Below, one piece after another: positions 63,892-64,000 of a DNA stretch of 64,000 bases. Source of the stretch: an uncultured Alphaproteobacteria bacterium (lineage in GTDB: Bacteria > Pseudomonadota > Alphaproteobacteria > Rhizobiales > Xanthobacteraceae). Location of the stretch: the NCBI GenBank assembly GCA_963788095.1, contig CAWBFP010000034.1, positions 25,540 to 89,539 of the forward strand. Reading direction: 5' to 3'. The notes under the pieces are model-generated. The model was not told the DNA's origin and made no database searches. It worked only from the letters and a program-made list of their open reading frames with translations. Numbering within the stretch: the first letter of the stretch is position 1; each line of letters starts with the position of its first letter. The translations under genes and the position numbers were made by a program.

Positions 63892-64000
63892 CGCTTCCTC
63901 GGCGGCGTCGCTGCCCACGAAGGCGATGCGCACCATGTTGGTCGCCCCCGGCGTGCCGAGCGGAACGCCGGCAACGATGATGATGCGTTGGCCGGCGCGG
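63892..64000 (-). CDS. pyk: pyruvate kinase, C-terminal end (gene continues beyond window)
   Basis: Reverse translation ..RAGQRIIIVAGVPLGTPGATNMVRIAFVGSDAAEEA* matches PK C-terminal domain consensus. Confidence 0.55.

Overview
This is a high-GC (about 65-68%) chromosomal segment that looks alphaproteobacterial and Bradyrhizobiaceae-like (Bradyrhizobium/Rhodopseudomonas gene content and synteny). It is mostly core metabolism and transport:
- glutamate synthase gltB-GST-gltD
- a fused indolepyruvate/2-oxoacid:ferredoxin oxidoreductase
- two separate Liv-type ABC uptake systems, each coupled to a CoA ligase (one AMP-binding acyl-CoA synthetase, one PaaK-like ligase plus a cupin)
- galU, kpsF, ltaE, hsp20, cpdR, tRNA-Val, sugE, rpmJ, and the 3' end of pyk

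Accessory content:
- a REP array plus a REP-associated tyrosine transposase (RAYT), with a REP copy inserted in-frame inside the RAYT gene
- two type II TA modules: higBA with the toxin frameshifted, and parDE with an operator palindrome
- a novel PIN-domain protein sitting directly 3' of tRNA-Val
- three families of dispersed palindromic repeats

The most striking feature is a run of frame-disrupted genes between about 28.4 and 38.1 kb: a 5'-nucleotidase, ferrochelatase hemH (about 9 frame changes in 1 kb), an SPFH/NfeD pair, a lytic transglycosylase and an SGNH/DUF459 hydrolase. The intervening kpsF and galU and the very large flanking ORFs are intact. The pattern (perfectly conserved peptide segments, no substitutions or stops) points to local indel errors or hypermutable tracts rather than ordinary pseudogene decay.

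Manually derived start coordinates are accurate to about ±1-2 nt. ORF-track ends are used where available.
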